From: a candidate division WOR-3 bacterium UBA2258
GTDB taxonomy: Bacteria; Hydrothermota; Tepidihabitantia; Tepidihabitantales; Tepidihabitantaceae
NCBI GenBank assembly: GCA_002347155.1
Contig: DDXO01000120.1
Span: forward strand, 17,709-81,708
DNA: 64,000 nucleotides
Reading direction: 5' to 3'
The position numbers and the translations under genes were made by a program. Shown piece after piece: positions 55,710-64,000 of this stretch (positions within the stretch are counted from its first letter, which is position 1; the number at the start of each line of letters is the position of its first letter). The notes under the pieces are model-generated. The model was not told the DNA's origin. It searched no databases and saw only the letters and a list, made by a program, of their open reading frames with translations.

Positions 55710-56975
55710 TCATCCGTACGGGTACTGATCCCAGTCATGGTCACCTCGGCTGAGAAACCAACTGCCCGGCGCGGGTACGGGTACTACCCTGCTCTTGTAT
55801 ACGGGCGTCACTTCAGCCGTCTTTTTGAAGCCCAGCGCCAGCAAAGCGCTCTTGTATGCATCAACTGAACTGGCCGCCACGATCCGCTCCACCTGCTGGT
55901 TCTTCAGGTGCCGGACCGCAAAGGCCAGTAGTGTATGAATGACCGCCCTGTCTCCGGGTGGTGCAAACAAGTCGGCGATTATGCCGGTATTGCTCTCGGG
56001 GCTTCTGGTCTTGCGCAGGATGACATATCCGCACATCCTTCCACTCCTCGAAGCACTGAATAGCTCGTAGTTCATGTGAGGTTGTCTGACGTACTTCCAG
56101 TTCAGGTATGCGCTGCTCCGCTGCACGATGGCGTGGAATTGCGGCGAAACCGCGTCCCATAACCGGTCTGCCGCCTGGTCGAATTCACGCACCTGTCTGA
56201 CATCTACTCCAGAATCCAGGCAGCGGAGGAGACGCTGACCACGCATCGCTCGACCAACATTGATAAGGGCTCCTACAGGCTGGTCCATCCGCAGAAGACA
56301 CAGGAGGCGCAGCAGTGCTCCTGATGCTGCGCCCTGCACTTTCCCCGGCCACCGGCTGTCTAGACGCTTCCGAAAGGCAGCGAAGGCAGATGCCGCGTCG
56401 AATCGTGCCGGCCGACGAAAGACCGTGACGGAATCTACGGCGAAGCCGCCGAGTTTCATCTCCAAGTGTCGGCTGGCTTCTGACATCACCAGGGTCATGA
56501 AGATCTCGTTCCCCTCGTAGTTCGCATTCTGCAGCTCGTGACCGAGCTTCTGCCCCCGATATGCAGGCAGCACGAACATATCTGCACCCCAGCCCAGACG
56601 ATACGTGTCCGACCCTATCTTGAGGGGTTCAATCATGGCGCACGTTTGGCCAACCACGGTGCCTTCATCATCTACTGCAATCCAGACGGGCAGTTCGTCC
56701 TGGTTCCGGAAGGGGTTCTTTTCGAACTGCCACTCCCAGCGTTCCGGGAACTTGTAGCGCGCTCTGTCCGCATAGGCTTTCGACAGAAACCTGAAGATCG
56801 CCTGCTTGTCATCGAGCGTCGCCCGCCGGACCTCGATCACACTATCCCCAACTGACCGCCGTGCTCCATGTCGATGAGTGCTCTCGCGACAACGCTGGCG
56901 CGGATCCTGTGTCTGTGATGGTGCACTCATCCCATGGTCATGCCGATGCTCCGACTGAGGTACGCGTGGCGCCAT
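55710..56975 (-). CDS. GNAT family acetyltransferase-like protein (start uncertain)
   Basis: VIEVRRATLDDKQAIFRFLSKAY... The N-terminal 40 aa of the ORF are low-complexity. Confidence 0.5.
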   Translation of the reverse strand: MAPRVPQSEHRHDHGMSAPSQTQDPRQRCRESTHRHGARRSVGDSVIEVRRATLDDKQAIFRFLSKAYADRARYKFPERWEWQFEKNPFRNQDELPVWIAVDDEGTVVGQTCAMIEPLKIGSDTYRLGWGADMFVLPAYRGQKLGHELQNANYEGNEIFMTLVMSEASRHLEMKLGGFAVDSVTVFRRPARFDAASAFAAFRKRLDSRWPGKVQGAASGALLRLLCLLRMDQPVGALINVGRAMRGQRLLRCLDSGVDVRQVREFDQAADRLWDAVSPQFHAIVQRSSAYLNWKYVRQPHMNYELFSASRSGRMCGYVILRKTRSPESNTGIIADLFAPPGDRAVIHTLLAFAVRHLKNQQVERIVAASSVDAYKSALLALGFKKTAEVTPVYKSRVVPVPAPGSWFLSRGDHDWDQYPYG

Positions 56976-57014
56976 AACAGGGACGAACTCCTCAAGTCTC
57001 AGAAACGGGAGCTC

Positions 57015-57770
57015 TCACTGGCTGTCGGCTCCAATCTGGCTTGGAGGCTGCTGGGTGGACGACCGGCATCCGGCGTGCGCCTCTAAATGACGAAGAAGGG
57101 CAGCGGGTGAGTTCCACATCAGGACGTCTATGATGGATAGCGCCGGCTCGAACGTATACCCGTCACATGGATAGGTCATGTTCTCGAAGCGCTGAATCGT
57201 CAGTGTGACTCCGGCTGCCTCGAACCCGGCCTTGCCAAACAGCGCCTCTCCTCCGGGCGGGTTCACGTACTCGCTCGCCCCGAGTGCTTCGGATATGCGG
57301 AGCGCCCAGTCGCCGGGCCCGCCAACCGAACCCAAGTCGAGCTTCATTTCCGAAAAGAACTCGTATCGAAACGGTATCCGGAGATACCCGCAGACCTTGT
57401 CGAGTATGGCGGCGTTCAAACGCGAGAGCGAAGGCTCGTCATTGTCAAGGCACTCTCGAACCAGACCGGCGGTCGCCTCGTAGTGCGGAGCCCTCTTCTT
57501 GTAGTGTATCAGTTGACCGCACACCCGGTCGCGCCAGTCCCTGCCTTCCTTGACGAGGACATCAGAAATCGGGGTGTCGCGGTGGTGCTGTCGCAACGGA
57601 GCGGCGATGTACTGCCACCCGGAATTCGGGTGCAGAATCCGGTTCCGATTGACCCAGCCGTGCCTGATGTACTGGGCGGTGTCGAACACGACCCAGCGGT
57701 CAGTTCGGTAAATGAGGTCGAAGTACCCGAGGTACGGGAAGAAGTAGGGCTGCATGATGCCGAGTTTCAT
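57015..57770 (-). CDS. WbqC-family protein
   Basis: MKLGIMQPYFFPYLGYFDLI...; ATG 57770 overlaps the DegT stop (ATGA). Confidence 0.8.
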   Translation of the reverse strand: MKLGIMQPYFFPYLGYFDLIYRTDRWVVFDTAQYIRHGWVNRNRILHPNSGWQYIAAPLRQHHRDTPISDVLVKEGRDWRDRVCGQLIHYKKRAPHYEATAGLVRECLDNDEPSLSRLNAAILDKVCGYLRIPFRYEFFSEMKLDLGSVGGPGDWALRISEALGASEYVNPPGGEALFGKAGFEAAGVTLTIQRFENMTYPCDGYTFEPALSIIDVLMWNSPAALLRHLEAHAGCRSSTQQPPSQIGADSQ

Positions 57771-58978
57771 GCTTCTGAAACGGCGGATGCTCGCAACTCG
57801 CCGATGTAGCGACAGATTCTCTCCACTGTCTCTTCCGATATCTCGTGATACGTCGGCAGCGTCAGAATCCTCCCGGCCACTCGCCGCGCCACGACCAGCG
57901 GGTCGCGGGTCCGGATGTTCCGGTAACAAGCGAAGTCCGGCACCAGCGGATAGAAGTACCTCCGCGCGTGGATATTCAGCCTCTTCAACTCCCGATAGAG
58001 ACGGTCCCGGCTCATCCCGAATTCCGTTTCATCAACCTCGACCGGCATATACCCGTAGTTGTAGCGAACTCTGGGCGGCAGCGGCTGCGGGATGCGGATG
58101 CCCGGCACGTCGGCCAGTCTCTCCCGATAAACCTTCTCGGTCGACCGTCCCTCCTCAATCAGTTCATCCAGACACTTCAGCACCAGCATACCCATCAGGG
58201 CCTGCAGCTCGTTCATCTTGGCGTTGGTACCGGGCATCACCACCTTGACCTCGTTCTTGAAACCGAAGTTCCTCAGGTAGTCGAGCTTCTGCTTGAGCCC
58301 GGCGTCCTGGAAGGTCAGCATTCCGCCTTCTATCGAGTGATAGAGCTTGGTCGCGTGGAAGCTGAACATGCTCATATCACCGTAATGGGCGATGGACTTG
58401 CCACCGACCTCGACGCCGAAGGCGTGCGCAGCGTCGTAGATGAGTTTCAGTCTGTGCCGTCTTGCGATGTCGGCCAGTTCCTTCAACCCGCTGGGATAGC
58501 CGAACACGTGGACGGCCAGGATTGCCGAAGTCCGGGGAGTGATTGCGGCTTCGACTTTTTCCGGGTCGAGCGTGTAGTAGTCCGGCTCGATGTCAACAAA
58601 CACCGGCGTGAGCTGGTTCCAGTAGAGCGCATGGGTGGTGGCGACAAAAGTGAACGGGGTAGTAATGACTTCACCCGTTATCCCCATCCCCTGCAGGCCG
58701 AGCTGCAGGGCCAGAGTGCCGTTGTTGAACAGGCAGACATTGTCCGTCCCGAGGCAACGGGACAACTGGCCGGTGAACCGCTGCAACAGCGGCCCGTTGT
58801 TTGTCAGCCAGCGGCTGTCCCATATCTCCTTCAGCCCGGCCGCAAACTCCTCAATCGGAGGCAGAAAGGGGCGAGTTACGTATATCGGCTCATCCAGCCG
58901 GTGCAGCCCGACGCGGACGTCGGGAATGGCGGGGGGAGGTAGAGGTGGAGGTGAAGGTTGAGATTCAGACAGCCTCAT
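57767..58978 (-). CDS. DegT/DnrJ/EryC1/StrS-family PLP-dependent sugar aminotransferase
   Basis: VTRPFLPPIEEF..., FSFHATKLYHSIEGG (PLP Lys). The annotated N-terminus (MRLSESQPSPPPLPPP) is encoded by the hexamer repeat tract; the true start may be internal. Confidence 0.9.
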   Translation of the reverse strand: MRLSESQPSPPPLPPPAIPDVRVGLHRLDEPIYVTRPFLPPIEEFAAGLKEIWDSRWLTNNGPLLQRFTGQLSRCLGTDNVCLFNNGTLALQLGLQGMGITGEVITTPFTFVATTHALYWNQLTPVFVDIEPDYYTLDPEKVEAAITPRTSAILAVHVFGYPSGLKELADIARRHRLKLIYDAAHAFGVEVGGKSIAHYGDMSMFSFHATKLYHSIEGGMLTFQDAGLKQKLDYLRNFGFKNEVKVVMPGTNAKMNELQALMGMLVLKCLDELIEEGRSTEKVYRERLADVPGIRIPQPLPPRVRYNYGYMPVEVDETEFGMSRDRLYRELKRLNIHARRYFYPLVPDFACYRNIRTRDPLVVARRVAGRILTLPTYHEISEETVERICRYIGELRASAVSEA

Positions 58979-59177
58979 GTGTTCACCTTGACCTTAGCCT
59001 TGACCTTAACCTGCCGAGAGGCAGTGGTTGAGGTTGAGGCGGCCGACCAGGCTGAGGTTGAGGTGAAGTCTGAGACCCCGGTCCTCGGTCATCCGTCATC
59101 CGTCTTCCGTCACCGGTCATCGGTCCTCCGTCATCCGTCTTCCGCCCTCCGTCACCGGTCATCCGTCTTCCCATCCT
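58925..59177. repeat. intergenic spacer composed of two hexamer-repeat families (GGTTGA/CCTTAA type then CCGTCA/CCGGTC type)
   Basis: ccttgaccttagccttgaccttaacctg...ggttgaggttgaggcggccgaccaggctgaggttgaggtgaag; then tccgtcatccgtcttccgtcaccggtcatcggtcctccgtcatccgtcttccgccctccgtcaccggtcatccgtcttcc. Confidence 0.8.
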
Positions 59178-60263
59178 TCAGCGCAGCCCCATGCGGCGGA
59201 GCGCCCGCCCTGCGAGCACTCTGGGGTACGTCACCGTGTCTATGGCCGCCCGCCGCGCCGCCAGACTCAGCACCGGCCAGATTCGACCGCGAGGGACCAA
59301 GTCGCTCTCTTTCATCATCCGCCGCAGCTTGAACGCGGCAAAAGGCCCTGAGCCATGAACCACGGCCCATGCTACTTTCTCTTCACCCCTCCGAATCTGA
59401 TTTGCGATTGCGGCTTGGTGCATGGATCCCACCTCGCCGTTGAGCAGCTTCGGGAGCGAATAGTAGAATTGAAGTAACGCGAACCGCTTGTTTAGTCTCG
59501 AAAGCGGCACCCAGTAGCTTGCGGAGTGTATACGGTACACGCCCATCCTCTCGGGAAGGCAGGAACCTCTGCCCTGCGCCAGCAGCAACAGCAGCAACGG
59601 TTCGTCGTGCGCAGGCAACTTGAGTGCGATGTCCATTTTCGGCTGCGGGATGGCACGCAACGCACTGGTCCGGAATACCCAGGAATTCATGTGTGTTGGT
59701 GTGCCTTGAATCGCCTCCCCCACCCCGAACACCTCCGGACAATCCTCACCTGTGAAGACCTGCTGCTCAAGGAGATTGCCCGAATCATCCACGTTGTCGA
59801 CCCAGTGACTGGCGATTGTGAACTCAGGATTCTCTTCGAGGAAGTCCACCTGCCTCTGCAGCTTGTCTGGGTCGGTCCAGTAGTCGTCGCCCTCGCACAA
59901 GGCGATGTACTTTCCTCTTGCCGCCGCCCGGATCCGAAAGGCGTTCTGAGACACCCCGACATTCGCATCGAAGGCTATTACCCTGAAGAGTTCCGGTAAC
60001 CGCTCGGCATAATCCCGCACAATCCGGGGCGTGCCGTCAGTCGAGCAGTCGTCGCCGATGACTATCTCGATGGGGAAGCTCACCTTCTGCATCAGGAAAG
60101 AATCCAGTGCCTGGGCCAGGTACTTCTCGTGGTTATACGTGGCACAGCAGATGCTGGCCACGGGCGTCGCAGACTGGTCCTGTGTCACGAGACCGTCCTT
60201 CGTCTGCCGTCTCCCGTCATTGGCCGACCGCCTCGAGCAGAAAGGCCTCAACCTTGTCCGCAT
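59178..60263 (-). CDS. glycosyltransferase family 2
   Basis: ASICCATYNHEKYLAQALDSFLMQKVSFPIEIVIGDDCSTDGT. Overlaps the upstream gene by 47 nt, so the start is probably a downstream GTG. Confidence 0.8.
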   Translation of the reverse strand: MRTRLRPFCSRRSANDGRRQTKDGLVTQDQSATPVASICCATYNHEKYLAQALDSFLMQKVSFPIEIVIGDDCSTDGTPRIVRDYAERLPELFRVIAFDANVGVSQNAFRIRAAARGKYIALCEGDDYWTDPDKLQRQVDFLEENPEFTIASHWVDNVDDSGNLLEQQVFTGEDCPEVFGVGEAIQGTPTHMNSWVFRTSALRAIPQPKMDIALKLPAHDEPLLLLLLAQGRGSCLPERMGVYRIHSASYWVPLSRLNKRFALLQFYYSLPKLLNGEVGSMHQAAIANQIRRGEEKVAWAVVHGSGPFAAFKLRRMMKESDLVPRGRIWPVLSLAARRAAIDTVTYPRVLAGRALRRMGLR

Positions 60264-61452
60264 ACAGCTCCAGAGAGTACCGGCTGGTGACTACAGCGCG
60301 GGCACTCTGGACAACACTGCGATAGGTAGCCGGACTGGTGATTAGTTCACCTACCCTGTTGGCAGCGGCCTCGAGGTCGCCCTCTGGGACGAGATAGCCT
60401 GTCCGGCCGTCCTCAATAACTTCGGCCGAACCTTCATTCCCGTATGAGACAACTGCGCAGCCACTGGCCATTGCTTCCAAGGGCACTTGCGACAGTCCGG
60501 ACTTGTGGTAGCTCGGGAAAAAGCACACGTCAGCTTGCTGATAAACCGAGGGCATCTGTTCGTGGCCAATCATGGTCGGCATTATCCGTACATGCTCTGT
60601 CAAGTCCAGATCGTTGATCTCTCTCTCCAGTAGATGTAGGTAGGACGGAACTCCGACGTGCCCGAGAAGAGACAGTCGCGCTTTGATGCCTCTTCGATGT
60701 AGCGCCGCCACCACACGTACGGCGTCTCGTTGTCCTTTGGCCGGCTCGAATCTTCCGGGGACGACTATGCTGGGTGGAAGCCTGATCTCCGTTCTGGGTG
60801 CGAATGTGAACAACTCGGTATCCAAACCCTGGCGTATGACTGTACTGCCCTCCGTAGGCATGCCTGACGCCTTCGCGAGCCGGCGGCCGCCCTCGCTGTT
60901 AAAGTAGCCGCGCATGTTCGCCGGCCATGCCCATTGCTTCTTGAGAGCGCCGCCACTGACCGCGCAGCAGGCCGCTACCAGAATCCGCTTCAGGAAGACC
61001 TTGGCGATCGACAGGGGCCTGCCCTCGGCAAAGGGGTACCAAAGACCGTGATGGTTGTATGAGAAGGACATGCCGATTGAGCCCTCGTAGTATGCTACCG
61101 GAATGCCGCAATCCGCGAAGTACGGAACCATGGTCTTGGCGACATCGCAAATGTGTATGACAAAGATGAGATCAGGCCGGTACCCGTCGACCTTCCTCTT
61201 GACGAATATTACATCTTTGATCTCATCCATGATTCCCGCCGCCCAGCCTGCGTGCTCATCATCTCGCGTGAGCCTTCTGAAAACGTCTCCTTCAGGTGCT
61301 AGCCGTCTCCTCTCCCCACGGGGGCGTCTCGTCGTGACCGTAGCTATGCTATGGCCACGTTTCCGGAGTTGGTCCAGGAGTTCCTTCGCGCTAACACCAA
61401 GTCCCCCCCTTTGGTACGGGGGATAGTCATCCGTGATGGCAAGCAATCTCAT
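60217..61452 (-). CDS. glycosyltransferase family 4
   Basis: MRLLAITDDYPPYQRGGLG...; LEAMASGCAVVSYGNEGSAEVIEDGRTGYLV. Confidence 0.85.
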   Translation of the reverse strand: MRLLAITDDYPPYQRGGLGVSAKELLDQLRKRGHSIATVTTRRPRGERRRLAPEGDVFRRLTRDDEHAGWAAGIMDEIKDVIFVKRKVDGYRPDLIFVIHICDVAKTMVPYFADCGIPVAYYEGSIGMSFSYNHHGLWYPFAEGRPLSIAKVFLKRILVAACCAVSGGALKKQWAWPANMRGYFNSEGGRRLAKASGMPTEGSTVIRQGLDTELFTFAPRTEIRLPPSIVVPGRFEPAKGQRDAVRVVAALHRRGIKARLSLLGHVGVPSYLHLLEREINDLDLTEHVRIMPTMIGHEQMPSVYQQADVCFFPSYHKSGLSQVPLEAMASGCAVVSYGNEGSAEVIEDGRTGYLVPEGDLEAAANRVGELITSPATYRSVVQSARAVVTSRYSLELYADKVEAFLLEAVGQ

Positions 61453-61680
61453 CGGTCAAGCGCTGTAAGCGCAGTCACGCAGGAGGTCCATGACATGGTT
61501 GCCGACCGGTGACTGCGCAGACTGTTCGAGGCCACACGGCAGTGAACGAAAGGATAGGCCCAGAACGGCCTTGGGCACCGAGATGGGAGCGTGCTCGCGG
61601 GGCACGACAGGTCCTCCAAGTTGACCGGAATGACTTTGGCGTCGAGAGCCAGAGATACCCGGCTTGGGCCCGTCGCCCAC

Positions 61681-63018
61681 TCACCGACTAGCCGCAGGCT
61701 TGACTCCTTTCGCATGACTCCAGGTGTAGTCACAGAGGAATCCGGAGAACGGCCAGACAACCCCGGTTCCGTAGTAATCGCCTTCCGCCACGTCAAGAAC
61801 CAAGGCAGCGTTGACTCTGTCTGCCAGCACCTTGTTCTGTTCGATGTCGACATTCAGCGAAAAGCGACCTGACTCAAGCGGAAGCCGCTTTATCACGCAG
61901 ACAAACGTCCCGGTCCCCTCAATCCAGTCGATGTTGAACCGAACGACCTCTGACCCGAGATACAACATGGGGGACTGATCGAGTCTCCGCACCCCGATTG
62001 CCACCACGACATTGCGGAGGCCGTTCGTCCCATCGCAGGCATAGTCTACCTCGGCCACGGCATCCTCACCGGTGATCCAGTGGCCGCTCGCGGGATCAGT
62101 ACGAGTGCCGACGCGCATGCCCGTGACCTTGACAACACCACTGCCCTGTCGGTCTCGCCGGTCCGCAAGAAGCGTGGCGTCCCCGCGGTTCAGTATCTCC
62201 CCCAGGTAGTTCCCGATCACGTCAGCGGCAACACCTGACTGTACAAGACGACCGTCTCGTAGGAGAACAGCTCGCTGACAGAGCCCCCTCACAGCAGTCA
62301 TGTTGTGGCTCACGAAGAGAACGGTCCGCCCGCCCGAGGCTACGTCACCCATCTTGCCTAGACACTTCTTCTGGAACGCCGCGTCGCCCACGGCAAGGAC
62401 CTCGTCGACAAGCAGTATCTCCGGGTCCAGGTGAGCCGCGACCGCGAACGCCAGCCGCACGTACATGCCACTGGAGTAACGCTTCACCGGCGTGTCTATG
62501 AACTGCTCGACTTCAGAGAAAGCCACGATCTCATCGAACTTGCGGGCAATCTCCACCTTCTTCATGCCTAGAATGGCCCCGTTGAGGTAGATGTTCTCTC
62601 GCCCGGTCAGTTCCGGGTGAAATCCGGTGCCGACCTCAAGCAGACTCGCCACACGACCTTTGGCTTTGATCTGTCCGCTGGTCGGAGCCGTCACGCCGGT
62701 CATTATCTTGAGCAAGGTGCTCTTGCCTGCGCCGTTCCGACCGATGATGCCCAGAATCTCGCCTTGTTTGACCTCGAAGTTGATGTCCTTGAGGGCCCAG
62801 ATGATCTCGCCGTCGCGGTTATCTGGTTTGTGGTTTTTGGTTCTTGGTTCTTGGTCGTTTCGTCTAAGGTCTTGCTGGCCGATCTTGGCCAGAGGATTGG
62901 GCTTGCCCCTTGCCTTCGCCCACCAGATCTTCAGGTCGTCGACAAGTCTGCCGGTGCCGATCTGGCCGAGTCTGTAGGACTTGGACAGGTGCTCTACCGA
63001 AATGACAGTGCTAGGCAT
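61681..63018 (-). CDS. ABC transporter ATP-binding protein, Wzt/TagH-like (polysaccharide export) with C-terminal extra domain
   Basis: Walker A GIIGRNGAGKSTLL, signature YSSGMYVRLAFAVA, Walker B ILLVDEVLAVGD, plus a ~190 aa C-terminal domain. An in-frame insert (DQEPRTKNHKP) is encoded by a GGTTCTT-type repeat at 62825-62862. Confidence 0.9.
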   Translation of the reverse strand: MPSTVISVEHLSKSYRLGQIGTGRLVDDLKIWWAKARGKPNPLAKIGQQDLRRNDQEPRTKNHKPDNRDGEIIWALKDINFEVKQGEILGIIGRNGAGKSTLLKIMTGVTAPTSGQIKAKGRVASLLEVGTGFHPELTGRENIYLNGAILGMKKVEIARKFDEIVAFSEVEQFIDTPVKRYSSGMYVRLAFAVAAHLDPEILLVDEVLAVGDAAFQKKCLGKMGDVASGGRTVLFVSHNMTAVRGLCQRAVLLRDGRLVQSGVAADVIGNYLGEILNRGDATLLADRRDRQGSGVVKVTGMRVGTRTDPASGHWITGEDAVAEVDYACDGTNGLRNVVVAIGVRRLDQSPMLYLGSEVVRFNIDWIEGTGTFVCVIKRLPLESGRFSLNVDIEQNKVLADRVNAALVLDVAEGDYYGTGVVWPFSGFLCDYTWSHAKGVKPAASR

Positions 63019-63114
63019 GGCAGGTTGAGGTTAAGGTTGAGGTTGAGGCCGAGGAACAGGCTGAGGTTGAGACTAGGGTTGAGAAAGAACAGACCGAGGT
63101 CGAGGCAGAGATGC
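63019..63114. repeat. (GGTTGA/GGTTAA/GGCTGA)n hexamer tract filling the spacer upstream of wzt
   Basis: aggttgaggttaaggttgaggttgaggccgaggaacaggctgaggttgagactagggttgag... Confidence 0.8.
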
Positions 63115-63243
63115 TCACTTAGAGGACCTCCGGAGGGACGAGATCACGCGGTTGAGCTCGGTATGGACTTGGTCGAGTCTGTCGGAGAGCGCCGCAACAT
63201 CGGACGCCGCCAGGTAGCCGACGCGCCCATCAATGAAGGCTGA
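63115..63243 (-). pseudogene. truncated duplicate (C-terminal ~40 aa) of the adjacent four-helix-bundle protein gene
   Basis: DGRVGYLAASDVAALSDRLDQVHTELNRVISSLRRS aligns with GRRVGYIPASVANDLSVKLEFLHTDLNKVISALKKQ of 63354-63773. The rest of the ORF (to 63357) is translation of the hexamer tract. Confidence 0.5.
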
Positions 63244-63353
63244 GGTTGAGGTTAAGGCTGAGAGAGGAAAGAGCAAGGTTGAGGCGGAGGTCGAGGTTGA
63301 GAGGGGATAGGCCGAGGCTAAGGTCAAGGCCGAGGTCAAGGTCAAGGATGGCA
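63244..63353. repeat. hexamer tract (GGTTGA/GGCTAA/GGTCAA family)
   Basis: ggttgaggttaaggctgagagaggaaagagcaaggttgaggcggaggtcgaggttgagaggggataggccgaggctaaggtcaaggccgaggtcaaggtcaagg. Confidence 0.8.
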
Positions 63354-63773
63354 TCACTTGGCTTGCTTCTTGAGCGCAGAGATGACCTTGTTCAAGTCGG
63401 TGTGTAAGAACTCTAGCTTCACGGAAAGGTCATTGGCGACGGACGCTGGTATGTAACCCACTCGCCTGCCGTACTCAAGATGACTCTGCGTTTCGGTCAG
63501 AGAACCTCGAGCAATGTGATAGAAGTTCACTTTGTCGAGAGTGTGGGAGCGGCCAAAGGCCTCCGCGATGTTGGCAGAGATACTAAGAGCCGCTCGGCGG
63601 ATCTGAGAAGTGAAGCCGTAGTCTTCCTTGCGCGGGAGCCCGTCCGTCAGTGCAAACACTCGCTCGGCTACTTCCATTGCCGTCTGCCATACAGGCATTT
63701 CCCTGAAGGAGAGATAGGGAGGTTTAGGTTGAGGCTGAGATGCAGGAGCAGGTCTAGGTTGAGAGGTCTGCAT
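63354..63773 (-). CDS. four-helix-bundle protein (23S rRNA intervening-sequence protein family, TIGR02436-like)
   Basis: MPVWQTAMEVAERVFALTDGLPRKEDYGFTSQIRRAALSISANIAEAFGRSHTLDKVNFYHIARGSLTETQSHLEYG. The first ~25 codons of the ORF are hexamer-tract encoded; a likely start is near ATG 63698. Confidence 0.85.
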   Translation of the reverse strand: MQTSQPRPAPASQPQPKPPYLSFREMPVWQTAMEVAERVFALTDGLPRKEDYGFTSQIRRAALSISANIAEAFGRSHTLDKVNFYHIARGSLTETQSHLEYGRRVGYIPASVANDLSVKLEFLHTDLNKVISALKKQAK

Positions 63774-63900
63774 CTTCTACCTTAACCTCGCCCTTAGCCT
63801 TAACCTCGAACTAGGTTGAGGTCTAGGTTCGGGTTGAGAAAAGGCTATCATCCTTGCTCGGTTCTCCTCTCAGAACTTAACCTTAACCTTAGCCTTAACC
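63715..63900. repeat. hexamer tract in both orientations (GGTTGA... then CCTTAACC...)
   Basis: ggtttaggttgaggctgag...ccttaacctcgcccttagccttaacctcgaactaggttgaggtctaggttcgggttgag...cttaaccttaaccttagccttaacc. Confidence 0.8.
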
Positions 63901-63906
63901 TTGTCA

Positions 63907-64000
63907 TCAGACTGTGTCCACAAACGTCGCCTCTACCCGGTTGAATACCACGATCCCGACTACCAGGATGACGACCATGAAACCGAAGCTGTAGGCGAGT
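63907..64000 (-). CDS. 3' end of a membrane protein gene, possibly ABC-2 (Wzm-like) permease; partial
   Basis: Minus-strand translation ...LAYSFGFMVVILVVGIVVFNRVEATFVDTV* is a TM helix followed by a stop at 63907-63909. The gene continues beyond the window. Confidence 0.3.
   Translation of the reverse strand, partial: LAYSFGFMVVILVVGIVVFNRVEATFVDTV

Noticed and set aside
4981-63900. Hexamer repeat tracts as possible CRISPR arrays
   Set aside because: There is no constant repeat alternating with unique spacers. The units are degenerate 6-mers in tandem and no cas genes are nearby.

Overview
This is a high-GC (roughly 60-65%) bacterial chromosomal segment with dense coding. The product calls below come from reading motifs in the supplied translations and the raw sequence; no database search was run. 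A Por/T9SS-type C-terminal sorting domain suggests an FCB-group or candidate-phylum organism.

Layout from 5' to 3':
1. **Small defence-like islet (1-3200).** Two nuclease-like hypothetical genes, an XRE regulator, an HNH endonuclease with an SRA-like N-terminal domain, and a frameshifted XRE remnant.
2. **Repeat-dense non-coding stretch with a mazEF-type toxin-antitoxin module (3200-5100).** The module is bracketed by long direct repeats.
3. **Housekeeping and secretion genes (5160-9150).** An ECF sigma factor, a serpin and tatA-tatC.
4. **Redox and secreted-protein block (9446-17742).** Two Tat-signal DUF362 proteins, one also carrying a T9SS C-terminal domain, a lipoprotein, a membrane polyferredoxin and a 1235+ aa beta-propeller/outer-membrane protein.
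5. **Miscellaneous genes (17870-24552).** DUF885, a metallophosphoesterase, an outer-membrane beta-barrel protein, a DUF559 endonuclease, a nucleotidyltransferase, tRNA-Lys(UUU) and a WecA/MraY-family transferase.
6. **Standout: an ~11 kb RiPP-like peptide-maturation cluster (25929-37055).** It contains four discrete PqqD-family chaperone genes in two alternating types, two radical SAM/SPASM enzymes, and two Cys-rich precursor peptides with a shared leader ending in an AxA motif. It also has an HprK-related kinase fused to a catalytically dead signal-peptidase-like domain, an ABC exporter, an intact stand-alone S26 (SipW/Sec11-type, Ser/His) peptidase and an NTP_transf_5-type nucleotidyltransferase. 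I could not place it in a known RiPP class.
7. **Long minus-strand polysaccharide/O-antigen-like locus (37.2-63.0 kb).** Glycosyltransferases of families 4 and 2, WbqC-like proteins, PIG-L and CE4 deacetylases, GNAT/FemAB-like proteins, an ATP-grasp protein, an AsnB-like amidotransferase, a Wzy/WaaL-like protein, a DegT aminotransferase and a Wzt ATPase. It ends with a four-helix-bundle protein and a truncated copy of it.

A genome-wide oddity is a family of degenerate 6-7 nt microsatellite tracts (GGYYRA, CCGTCN, CCCCAGT, GAGCACT and others). They fill whole intergenic spacers and are also inserted in-frame into coding regions.
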